Positions 1-55,801 of a stretch of 64,000 bases of DNA are shown here, in pieces. The notes below the pieces were generated by a model. It was given only the letters and a program-made list of their open reading frames with translations. It was not told the origin of the DNA and searched no databases. The stretch comes from Hormiphora californensis (lineage: Eukaryota; Animalia; Ctenophora), in NCBI GenBank assembly GCA_020137815.1, contig CM035351.1, positions 6,076,001-6,140,000 on the forward strand. Reading direction: 5' to 3'. The first letter of the stretch is position 1. Each line of letters opens with the position of its first letter. Position numbers and translations under genes: made by a program.

Positions 1-1667
1 AACGTTTATTCACATTCATTTGCCACAATTGCTACATTGTGGCTATTTCCACCAACTTCAGAGGCCTACCGAGATAATTAATATCATCCGACCACCACGT
101 CCATTTGTTTCTAGGGTAGAAAATGCCTAAAATTGATATTTTTCAAGTTTTTGGGACTCTATCCTGTCAACTAGTATCATTTTGGACGCCTTTTCTTCAA
201 AATTGGCTAAATTAGAGCAATATTTACCTTCTTTGAAAGCAAACGGAGAATAGGCGTTGTACCAGATTTTCATGAAACTCTGCTCCTAGGGCGAAAAGGA
301 CCCAAAAAATCGATTCGTGATACTTTTGGGACTCTATCTCATCATCTACTACCAGTTTGAATGCTTTTTTCACCAAAAAACACCTAAAAACGTGATTTTC
401 TCCATTTTGTCAGCATTTTCGAGATTTGACTTCAACGGCATTCGATTCTACGTCAAAAAATAGGTGGGGGACAACCGTATCTTACTGATCAAGGATCTTT
501 TTTATAAAAAAGTCTTATTTTCAAAGTGAAAAAAAAGATAGCTATCTTTTTCTCAATTTTCTGAAGCCGCAGCGGGTCTACATGATTTTTCCCGCACCAC
601 CACGACCTTCAGGGAGGTCTTCCCGACCAGTTACAACCGGAATTGGAGGTGTGCACTCAAACAAATGTTAAACTACCCTCGGGCACGCCGTGGCGGTGAA
701 AGTGAAAATTGTTAGCATTTAGCACGCGCGTGCACTTTTGAGCCGATTTACGGTTCACGTGGTGCATGAGTGCACGCGAAATTTCAAAGAAAACGAATTT
801 TTTTCTTTTTTTTCAGTTTTTCTTTTTTTTCTTTTTCATTTTTCTTTTTTTTCAATTTTTCTTTTTTTTTCTTTTTCATTTTTTCTTTTTTTGTTAAAAA
901 ATTCATCGTGCACTCATGCACCGCCATAGAGCATAGCCCCGACACAAACACGGTCCACACTCCATGGGCTGTGAGCTGGCCGAGTTTCGACTGATTTTAC
1001 CAATTTTCCAATAGTGAAACCGTTAATGACAGAACTTTTTGGTAGTTTTTAGTAAATTGATATCTTGTACGTTTGTTTTTAGGTACAAAAATGTCTGAAA
1101 CAGTCTCTGATACCCGACGAGACGGAAAGGTTTCGCTGAAACAAAAAAAGACGAAATTTTCACCTGGATTTTTTATTTTGCAATTGTAATTTTAACGCGC
1201 GCATTAAAAAGGTAACAAGTGGCGCGGATTTCTTTTGCGCGTAATAGTTTACGCGCAGACAGAGTGCTGAAACATTGAACTTTGTTCTTTCACGATGCAT
1301 TCGGAGAAATTTGTTCACACGTGTATTGTGTAACCGAGTGGCCTGTGACGAACAGCCGTCTTTCAGTGGCTAGACGGTCCCTTCCGGCCTCTCTCAGACA
1401 AGGGGGACGCTATGTCACACTCAGAGGGAAGAATAAAACATAGGACGGGGAATTTTCCGGTGTTTTATTTTACTAGGCTTGTAACAGGTCAGTATTCATT
1501 AACACTGTAACTGAAGCCACCTGTTCATGGAGAAATAATTACACACAGATTCATCATGTTTCATGATGAAAGTTTCATCATGTAATTTCAATATGCTCAG
1601 TGGGTTAAAATGCAATTCTAAAAAACATAAAAAAGGAGTCCGTGCTTCTCTCTCTCTCATCTCCCGT

Positions 1668-7138
<5,471 letters not shown>

Positions 7139-7900
7139 AGTTCAAACGTTAGCAAAATAAACGAAATGGAAAATGAGACGTCGGAGGACGGGTAAACTTT
7201 GACTTGAGAGAGTCGGAAATCTGGTTCTTCAGCAGGCGGGAAGCAAGTTTTATGAACTTGTTTCGTCATCCAACGCGACCTGTTTAACGCGTTTGTCCAC
7301 TTTCCAGTTTTTTGTTTACTTAAATCAGAGACGAACTGATCTGCGGGAATCACAATTAAATGTAACGCGCGAGTAAATGATAACAATACACCGCATTTCA
7401 GGTTTCAAAGACTAGACATGCGCGCGCAACAAAATAAAAGTAAAACTTTGTCCAAGCCACTTTACTTTTTTCGCTCGCGTTTGTAAATTTTGAACCTCCG
7501 CTCCCTCTGATTTCCGGGCTTTCCTGACCAAGCAGTTAGCGACGTGACCATTATCCTAGTCCCAAACCATCTACAGATTCCTAAATTGCACCCAATTTGG
7601 CCAAATTTGCTCTATTCAACAAAAATGACTCAGTTTTTCATGTTGCCAACTCCCAACAAATCACTATAACGCGATTACACGAACTGAAAGTGATGTTTTC
7701 ATGAACCTCGTTTAATCAAATCGTATTATCAGTCAATGAATTTATATTGAATGCATAGTTTTAACCCTTTGAGGGTTAATGACTTTCCTGTTTCCCGTCG
7801 CGTTGTCTGTTAAGTGAAACCACTGCTAACAAAATTCCCCTTCGTTTTTGAAACAATTTTATTAACTTAAACCCTATTGTATTATAGGAACCCCGCAGTA
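7139..7900. promoter_or_regulatory. Divergent promoter region between AHCY and GABARAPL2
   Basis: 762 bp between oppositely oriented ATGs. Cluster of TAACGCG/CGCG motifs (7285, 7363, about 7420, 7667). Splice acceptor TATTATAG 13 nt before the ATG8 ATG. Confidence 0.6.
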
Positions 7901-10840
<2,940 letters not shown>

Positions 10841-12080
10841 AGTGTTGAGCTGATAGAGAGATTTGTGTGTGCCTTTGCAATAATGCTACTTCTGGGGACT
10901 CTTTGTGACTGTATATCAATGTGAAACGTGTCAATTACAATATAAGATTGAGTGATATGGGAGAGAGATAAAATGGTGGAAAAAGGGAGATAAACAAGAG
11001 AGAGATAAACTGGTAACAAGCGAGAAAGATAGAGATAGAAGGATAAATATCGGTAAAATATCTGGTTGTAAACAGGTCATAATCAGGTTGTGTATTTTCA
11101 TTTTCCAATATGTAATCATGTGTGTCTTTTTCCATGTATCTCAGGTTTTTCCGGGGGTTTTTCACCGATATTGGTGCGTGTATATATATGATTGTTAGCT
11201 TAAAAAGAACGATTTTAAACACACCCAAATTGAGTGTTTTGAGCTTTCTTCAATAGTTTAATTTGCTCTCTACAGTTGTAGCAGGTGAGATAGCTATGAG
11301 GTAGTCATGCAGCTACCCAGAGAGCCACCGGGATCCCAAAATAGTCCGTGACAACAATTGTTTTCTGGGATTTTGGCACACGCGCGCGCACTCTTATGTT
11401 GTGCAAAGTACACTGTTGTCATTGGTAGCAAAACGGCGCGCATTGCACCAGGAACTCACATGATCTCGCTGGTGCAATAATCGAACCGCCGGTTGCAGTG
11501 GAAGTACCGTGCGGTTGGAGCCGGTGGTTCAGGACCATATATGGCCACAATCAGTCACGAATTATGGTCCACTAATTAACCGGTTCCAACCGTCATTTTA
11601 ACCCAATAATAAAACGATTCCATTATCACGGTTTCAGAATTTATGATATTGAAATTTCAAACCCATTGTAACTGGAGTTATACAAAAGAAGGCGATCACA
11701 TCTCATAATCTCTCCAGTTAGCTGTGCTTTATTATTTGTCTGTATCGGCATGAAAAAGGAAAACAATTTTGGTTGTAAACAAAAAAAAAAACAGCCTTTC
11801 TCCTACTAACATGTCCATGTTTTTCTCACTGATCTCATATTATTATATCAGATAGTCTCAGACGGGTAAAATATACAAGCGTGAAAAATTGATATTTACT
11901 GATATATATGAACAATATTCACGTCCATGCTGTAACAAGTCTCCCTCCACTGGTTCCCACCCCTTCTCCCCCGGCCCATGCACTGAATCCCGTGATACTA
12001 GCGGCGATCTTTGGGTGTGTCTGCTGGGCATTTCTTGGATCGTTCAACATCACATACTACTCAGCGGTGCTGGTCAGACA

Positions 12081-36282
<24,202 letters not shown>

Positions 36283-36504
36283 TTTGTGGGATTTTACATT
36301 CTGATCATCGGGCTGTAGGGGATAGGAATTTGATTAAGATGGAACAAAATTAGGATTGGAAAAGAGAGAAATAAAACAAGTGTGTATCCATAACAAAATT
36401 AATTATTCAGAATTAAAACAGCAAATAAGAAACAGATAACACATTGTAAAAACACTCTCCGTGAATCCTCCTCCCCACTGCCTCATCACCAGGGGAGAGA
36501 GATG

Positions 36505-38568
36505 TCAAGTAAAATAGGGGCTCTGGTATTTGGGGTTTGGTTTATGTCGCTTGGATGGTTGCCGGGTACGGGGCGATGTCACCTGCTCATTAGGAGAGGA
36601 AGACACAGGACGGGAGTGACGGGTCTCAAACGGAGAGGGAGGTGTCATGTATTTATCACTACCACTCATCCCCCTCTTCCTCTTCTCAACCCTTGGCCCA
36701 TCTCCAAATTCAGGGGAGTTAGGTGGTGTAGAATAGTGCCCGGTTTCTGCATCAGATTGGGTGTTGTTGGCATCACTCTGATCAGTGAACGCTATAACAA
36801 TCTTCTTAGAGAACTTCCGAGCTAGCTCCTTCATCCTGCTCGCTTCTCGTTCCTTCTCTGCTTCAGACAGCACGATGGTCTCATTCTCAACTAGCATGAC
36901 CCCCGCCTCCCCTGACTGATGGACGGGTTTCAGGGGAGAGCAGATTATCTTGGAGTGGGAAATATTGAGACTATCGTTAGCTGGATCCCCTCTGACACCC
37001 TCGCAGTTCCGTTGTCTGGTAATAGTCACTGGTTCAAGGTGATCGGTGGAAATGGCACCCTCCACAAATGACTGGATGGATCTAAGGAGGCGTTTCTTGT
37101 GCCTCTCTCTTCTCTCGCACATGTATAACAGGGCACGAGCCCTTTCTAGATCTTGTCGAAGAGATACCAGTTTGAAGAAGGGGTCAAGTTGAGGGTCAGA
37201 GTTCTTGGAGACTGGTTTCAGGGATTTCTCAACAACTTCATTGAGAGGCGGCAACTCAGAGATCAGCGGATGATTACCATTTCCTCTCCTCTTCCTTTTC
37301 CAGTATCCAAACACAGACTGCACCGCACTGACGTCGATATCAAGGGCGGTAGAGGTATCCAGAATGTCAACAAACTCGTAAAACATCTTCTGGATATTTC
37401 GCATGATCTTGGTTTCATTGTTGTACATTGGATTCAAATCTTTCTTATGGTTTAAAGGCAGGACAATTGTATTAGCTGGAACCTCCCCTTCTCCTTTGCC
37501 TTCGGTGTGCTTCAGACAGTACGCAAAGTTCTCCACTGGATCATTTTCTGTCTCTCCGTAACATGTCTTCATGTAGCACCGGTTATCGTATGCACAGGAC
37601 GGGTGGAATGAGGTGTAGCACTCCTCTCCAGAACACTGGATACACGCCCCTACCTTCTCCTGACAGAACGAACAGGACCCGGCCCATCTAGATGGATGGA
37701 TCTGTTTTATTCTCGTGATGGGTTCCATTTTTTCCACATTCCCAAACCCTACCTCAGGAATCCATAGAGCACAGAACACATGCACCCACTCTCCATTAGA
37801 AGTAGCTTTGAAGGCTCCCTCCCCGTGCAGGCAAAGTAGACAAACAGGAGTCGGACAGCGAGCCTTACATGGTGCACAAAACCACTCTCCCGTGGGCACA
37901 CTGGTTATCCCATAACATCCCTGGTGTACACAAATATTGCAGCTATCACAGAATATCATTTCGTTATCAGGTTCACTATACACATCCTTACACACATCAC
38001 AACTCACGGTATCGTCGTACTGGATCGAATAGGACAGGTTTTCTTGGTATTTCTCCAGCATGTTAACATGAGCTACCACATCAAGGTATGTAATAATTTG
38101 CTCAAACTGTCCCTCACTCAACCCATCCCCACCCATGGAACTAAGAAATGTAGCATCTTCATCGTCCATATCGTATACAGCTGGTGGAACCCCACCTCCC
38201 GCTACCACATCCATCAAACTTTGGGTTGGCTGCCACTTTACATATTTGTTGGGGAGGGACCATGGAACTAGTTCGTAATCCCGGTCTACTGTCGAGAACG
38301 AGGGATTCGGGAGACTCTCAATATCGACTGGAACCTGAACTCCTTTATCATATTCACCTTTCCAGGAGTCCGATATCTTGATGAAATCCCCAGTGAGGGT
38401 TTGGTGGCTTGGAATTTTCATCGCAGTGATGAAATCTTTCCGGTACACCTCCACAGGTTTGGTCTCTTGGGTCCATGTGTTATTAAAGATCTTTTTGCTA
38501 TCACTCTCATTTAGGACCACAGCACCGCTTTTCTTTGTCACACCGCACTTGACATGTTTTCCGACCAT
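36505..38568 (-). CDS. JADE: JADE-family (PHF15/16/17-like) HBO1-complex scaffold: EPC/EPL1 N-domain plus PHD-Zn knuckle-PHD; single coding exon, 687 aa
   Basis: KPVEVYRKDFITAMK, YDMDDED, CDVC..NEMIFCDSCNICVHQGCYGI, WVHVFCALWIPEV, GACIQC..FHPSCA, YWKRKRRGNGNHPLI, LRQDLERARALLYMCERRERHK. No bromodomain or PWWP domain, so JADE rather than BRPF. Confidence 0.92.
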   Translation of the reverse strand: MVGKHVKCGVTKKSGAVVLNESDSKKIFNNTWTQETKPVEVYRKDFITAMKIPSHQTLTGDFIKISDSWKGEYDKGVQVPVDIESLPNPSFSTVDRDYELVPWSLPNKYVKWQPTQSLMDVVAGGGVPPAVYDMDDEDATFLSSMGGDGLSEGQFEQIITYLDVVAHVNMLEKYQENLSYSIQYDDTVSCDVCKDVYSEPDNEMIFCDSCNICVHQGCYGITSVPTGEWFCAPCKARCPTPVCLLCLHGEGAFKATSNGEWVHVFCALWIPEVGFGNVEKMEPITRIKQIHPSRWAGSCSFCQEKVGACIQCSGEECYTSFHPSCAYDNRCYMKTCYGETENDPVENFAYCLKHTEGKGEGEVPANTIVLPLNHKKDLNPMYNNETKIMRNIQKMFYEFVDILDTSTALDIDVSAVQSVFGYWKRKRRGNGNHPLISELPPLNEVVEKSLKPVSKNSDPQLDPFFKLVSLRQDLERARALLYMCERRERHKKRLLRSIQSFVEGAISTDHLEPVTITRQRNCEGVRGDPANDSLNISHSKIICSPLKPVHQSGEAGVMLVENETIVLSEAEKEREASRMKELARKFSKKIVIAFTDQSDANNTQSDAETGHYSTPPNSPEFGDGPRVEKRKRGMSGSDKYMTPPSPFETRHSRPVSSSPNEQVTSPRTRQPSKRHKPNPKYQSPYFT

Positions 38569-39353
38569 AAACCCGTGGGTTGTTTACAGAGTGTGCCACC
38601 AGATTCCAGAATCGCAAGAAATCGGACAATTCCTGGATGTTTGGAAATGAATATACTCACTGATGTAGTGAGAAACCCATGCTAAAGGATTAAACTTGTT
38701 GGTTAAACAAACAAACAGCTCTCTGGATATCAAAAAAGACGCTTACGGAGGAAACGAAGAACTTTTTAAAGCGATTTTGAAAAATTTCAAAAAGTTGGTG
38801 CGATTTTGAGCTCCTGAAATTTAAACGCGCACGAAGAAGTAGCTCGCTGCGCGCGGCACAGGTCAAAGTTGAAGTTTGTATTTTCCGCGCGTTACATCCA
38901 ATTGAACGAAGTATTGTACACTCAGCTGTCAGTGTATAGGAAATGGTAGAAATATGAGCAATTCGATTAAAACACGACGGTTGGGTTTACTCTAAATGAG
39001 ATTCAATACATGTTTAGGTACTGGTTAAAGTCTGATGATATCAACACCTGTGATTCAATTCAAATAAACCACTCCTGATTTCCCACATTTTTATCCCGAT
39101 GGAGGGTGAGCATGGGTCACTGCCTAGATTCACCACTTGCCACAGGAAAAACACACAGACACACACACGGACACACAGACACACAGACTTTTATAAATAA
39201 CTTCGGAGCGGCACGGTCAGTTATGTCGCTCAACAAATATAATACATGTGTGAGGGAGATTTGTATAGCACTGTGATTTAAAGAAGTCCTGGCGAACAAA
39301 CACTCTCTCTGGAAATCCCTCGATATATGGCACAATAAATGATGTCTGTTAGT

Positions 39354-51361
<12,008 letters not shown>

Positions 51362-51562
51362 ATTTAGCTGTTCACTGTGACGACATCTTCTACAGAAAGA
51401 ATTGGTAAACAATTGGTAGCACTAATTTGGTATTTCTAAGACATGTGCTAAGTTGCTGAACCATTACTTCTCCAATTCTTCAGATAAAAACCTTCGTAAT
51501 ATTAATCCAAGAATTAATCTGGACCCGCCAGCAATAAAAGCAAAATAAAATCTGTATAAAAA

Positions 51563-52394
51563 CTAAGAGCCGTCCTCCAGCCTTTTTCTAAGCTCAGCCT
51601 TCCAGTCGGTCTCCTCCAGGGCAGCAGCCCAGGGAGGGGGTGTAATGTTCAGTGAAGCCATACTACTCCTGATAAAATCCTGATCTCCCACCGACATGTC
51701 AAGTCTTTGTCTCCGCTGAGTTTCATCACCCGTGCTTGGGTTCATGTTGAGCGCCAGGGGAGGGATGTCAGGGAAGCCCATGGAGCCAGGACATCCAAAA
51801 TCAGGGTCTGGATCAGCCAACACTCGTCTAATATACTCATCAGTAGAGGCATCATCGTCATCACCGTTCTGTGGGTGATCTACAGCTGGCTGGTCATCCT
51901 CCTCATCATCACTAAACACTTCAGTGTTCTCTGAAATTATAATTCAATTTTAACATATTAAATTAAATAAAATTACTGATTACGTAAAACTAATATTGCT
52001 TATAATATCAACTCACATAGGCTCTCTGTCTCTGTCTCTGTCTCTGTCTCTGTCTCTGTCTCTGTCTCTGTCTCTGTCTCTGTCTCTGTCTCTGTCTCTG
52101 TCTCTGTCTCTGTCTCTGTCTCTGTCTCTGTCTCTGTCTCTGTCTCTGTCTCTGTCTCTATCTCTATCTCTATCTCTATCTCTGTCTTTCTGTCTTTCTG
52201 TCTTTCTGTCTTTCTGTCTTTCTGTCTTTCTGTCTCTCCTTACCGACATGGTTGGCATCAAGCTGAGTATAATAATCCCCCTCCTCAACACTCTCCTCGC
52301 TCCAGGAGTCCTCAGAGTCTGCTGCTGCCTGCTCCACAGTATCCCCAATGCGGTCTATAATCGTCTCAGAAATATCCTGGGTTTGACACGGCAT
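51563..52394 (-). CDS. MEA1: Male-enhanced antigen 1-like protein, 172 aa, 2 exons
   Basis: Exons 52394-52244 and 51930-51563 join in frame (519 nt). Acidic protein with GDYYTQL and a C-terminal MEA1-type motif [31 protein letters not shown]. Confidence 0.8.
52023..52235. repeat. Compound microsatellite (TCTCTG)n/(TCTCTA)n/(TCTTTCTG)n filling most of the MEA1 intron
   Basis: Direct reading. Confidence 0.95.
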
Positions 52395-53045
52395 TCCTTT
52401 GTAGAGGGTGACACACTAAACCATTCCTATTATTACATGGGCCCGTATTATATGGGATAATATATCGGGCAACACTAACAAGAATCTCAGACACTACAAA
52501 TTTATTTGTTTCCAGGAATTTAACAACAATAATTAATTTCATTAAGCCTTAAGTTTTGATAACGATTAATACCAACAGCTATCATCGCTCATAGTAATGT
52601 GGTGCTAGAGAAATCTCAGTGAAACACCACCCTCTTCTAAATAGATCTAGCCAAACGTCATTGTATATATATCACTAGTACGGTGTATCTATGAGACTTT
52701 TCGGCGCTACCGTTGGATTAAGTTGCCTACAGTGGGGCTCCATTAGATGCACACACGCCTCTTTCTACTAGATCAACTGTAGTGGCTATGGCACATCACT
52801 CCTCATGAATTCGTAAACTGAACAGTTGAATTAAAATGGACTTTATCCACCATAGTTGCACTCACAATCGTTACAAATATGGGAGATGCTCGGGGGAAGC
52901 TCATGATTATTAGGAGTATGACACGAAATGGAGCCTTATCAACAGTGTGAGACAGATATGGGACATGTGGACTCGATTCAGGAAGCCCAGTACCCCGGCC
53001 TTCGCAAAAAAAACAGGAAGACCCAAACAATAAGCATCGATATTA

Positions 53046-53075
53046 CTAGTAGGCCCGTTCGCCCTACGGGCGAAT
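53046..53075 (-). mobile_element. Helitron-like 3' terminus
   Basis: Minus strand reads GC-rich hairpin GCCCGT-AGGGCGA-ACGGGC then CTA CTAG|T. 5' end not identified. Confidence 0.45.
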
Positions 53076-54306
53076 TTCGGGGAAATGGTAACTGGATTAG
53101 GGAACGCTGACATCACCTGCACCATCCGTTCCTAGCCTATCTCTCACTTTCTCCCTACTCATGTTGTTGTACGCTCTGGGCTTCCTGACAATGTCAAGGT
53201 CCGAATTTAAGAGATCAATGTCATGGAGGTACAGTGTTGTTCGAGAAACTCATCACGTGAAAACTTGGCCGCTATGTAGCCGATTCGGAGATTTCTTTAT
53301 TCGACTGGAGTAATCACCCTTGGGCGACGTTGGGTAAAGCTATCCGTAGTCGTTGATTGGCTCACTTGAACACGTTGGCGTAATCTGTCATATTCTCTAA
53401 TCTCTAGCCTGCTCTCTGACAGCAGCAGATCTTCTGGACCTATACAACCGTTGCCGAATAGCGCTTGGGGTGGAAGAGCTAGACATCAGGACAGTAAAAG
53501 AATGCACGTGCAGAATTGAATTCGCCCTTGGTACCCAACTACAACCGGGAGAGAGATCTCCAGGTCTCTCTAATAATTGCACGTGCAAGTGTAGTTGCTA
53601 GGTGATCACCGTTACACAATTTGCTTAGTAAGTAGTATGATTTGAAAGAGCGGTCGCTATTAAGGCGAACCCCTTTCGGGGACCCAGCAAACGAGGGACA
53701 ATCACTTAGTGATACCAGTAGTACTAGTGAGTGCCGTGGGTGATCGGTAAGTCATATTAAAAATTTTAAATCCACAGAAGGGTTCCGACTTCCGGTTCAG
53801 GAGCTCAGCCGGCACCCACGTCCCAATACCCATACATGCTTGCATTATTGAGCAGCTTGCATGTCGCTCGCATTACTGTGTCCGTGCTCAGAAAGTATGG
53901 ACAGTTCAATTGCATTAGGAGTCATGACGTCCTTCGCCTGATAAATAGCGGCTAGTAAAAAAGTACACTGAGACCAACCTTTTTCAAACGGCTAAATCCA
54001 CACAACTACGCGGCCGATTTGAGTAAACTAAACGGTATCTGATAGATAATCGATAGCGCTGACCGATAAATCCAATCATAGCCCTAATCAGACCCCAAAA
54101 GGCAGTCATAATCCGTTTTGAACGCTAAAATCAATTAAAAAAGATTGTTAGCAGTGCAAAATTTTAAGGTTTGCCTGATATTTTCACTTTTTCTTTATTT
54201 GAGATGGCGCCGCGCGGAAGAAACGCGCGAATAAGTAACGCGCGGATGACATGCGGATATGCGCTGCAGTGCGCGCGTCGCGTTTTAGACTGCTCTGATT
54301 TTTTTT

Positions 54307-54813
54307 AAAGTGCGTTTCAAACGACTTGACCTGAGATTCCTGGAAATTCAGGATTTCCCCTTTGTAAATACACGCGCAATAAGGAACCATAATAAAGTTC
54401 AAGAGCGCACCCCATCCAAGAGCGTACCACCTCCAAAAGACACCACTCCAAGAGCGCACCACATCAAAGAGAGCTCCCCATCCAGAAGATACCGCGCGCA
54501 GGGGACACCACGCGCAGAAGAGACCGCACGCGCAAATACAACGCCGCGCTGGTCTCTTCTGCGCGTGGTGTCCTCTGCGCGTGGTATCTTCTGGATGGGG
54601 AGCTCTCTTTGATGTGGTGCGCTCTTGAAGTGGTGTCTTCTGGAGGTGGTGCGCTCTTGGATGTGGTCTCTTTTGGGTATGGTGCGCTCTCAGGTGTGGT
54701 CTCTCTTCGATAGGGTGCGCTCTTGGGTGCTCTTGGAGGCTCTTGAACTTTATTATGGTTCCTTATGCGCCAAATTCCAAGAATTACGGGTCAAGTCGCT
54801 TGAAACGGACTTT
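54307..54813. mobile_element. Fold-back (palindromic) element with subrepeats of about 17 bp
   Basis: Arms such as AAGGAACCATAATAAAGTTCAAGAGC / GCTCTTGAACTTTATTATGGTTCCTT and a near-perfect inner palindrome at about 54450-54628. Confidence 0.75.
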
Positions 54814-55801
54814 ACTGAGCTGCACTGAAAAAAGTCTTTTTTTCTGGTTGGCATGCGCTGCAGACCCCAAGTGCGCGCGTTTTCCACGGCTTCTAAAAAA
54901 AAATTTTCGTAATGATTTTTCGTAATGATTTTTGTCTGCGAGTTGCGATAGCTCCGGTTCCTGATGAAATAGAGATTCCATCCCGGGTGTATTGGAAAGT
55001 TCTTAAAATTATCTTTCTAATGTAACCGGGATGAAGTCTTTATCATATTAGGAAGCGGAGATATCATGATCATAAAAAACGTAAAAAAGGGGCGAACAGT
55101 TAAAAAAATGAAATTAACCATCTTCCTGCAGCGTAGGCCAACGTGACAGCACCCTTGTCTAAAGTCGGATTTTTTGAAACTGTCGCCCCCTGAAATAACA
55201 AAATTTGTCATATCTCCGGTTCCTGATAAGATAGAGACTTAAAATTGGGAGGTTCGGAAGAACTTAGCAAGATCTTCGTAACCTCCAAATTTCAAGTCTC
55301 TATCTCATCAGAAACCGGACTTATGGTCATTTAAAGAAATTTGAAAACTCTAAAAAACGACAGTTATTTAAAATCCGATATTACTCGTTGACCGTAAAAA
55401 CCCCATATTATCCTAAAGCACACAATTTTTAGAGCCTGTTTTTTAGTTTGAAGAATTCGGTTGAGAAACAAAGCAGTGAGAGAAAAAAATTCCGATACAT
55501 GGTGGTATGCGCAACGAGGGGTCTGTAGCACATGCCAACTGTTCATCCGACTGCTTTTCCCAGAGTTAATATATGTGATATCTCTGGGTCCTGATAAGAT
55601 AGAGACATCATCCCGGTTGTGTTGGAAAGATATAATGGAAAGAACTTTCGAACGCAAACGGGATCAAGTCTTGTCGTAGATCAGTTATCAGTTTATACCA
55701 AGTTTTTGAGAAATAAAAAGCATATCCCACAGTTTTTGGCAAAATCGGCAACCCAAACGGCAAACAGAAATTATAGTTTTACAGCGAAAGAGCAGAACAG
55801 A

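Noticed and set aside
1-1300. Repeat-like AT-rich region with imperfect direct repeats and a 16-bp inverted repeat (761-776 vs about 908-922) around a T-rich tract
   Set aside because: Probably transposon debris, but no termini or TSD could be fixed; the Phe-rich ORFs are low-complexity artefacts.
38633-38746. 24- and 28-nt GT-AG segments upstream of JADE as micro-introns extending the CDS
   Set aside because: Shorter than any verified intron here, and splicing the 28-nt one does not restore the JADE frame. The donors are kept only as candidates for long-range splicing to CLASP.
51389-52244. MEA1 exon 1 spliced to the KDM5 acceptor as a fusion protein
   Set aside because: The joined frame stops (TAA) just before the KDM5 ATG.
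52800-54180. Short ORFs between MEA1 and the fold-back element
   Set aside because: No recognisable motifs or consistent splice chain; probably repeat-derived.
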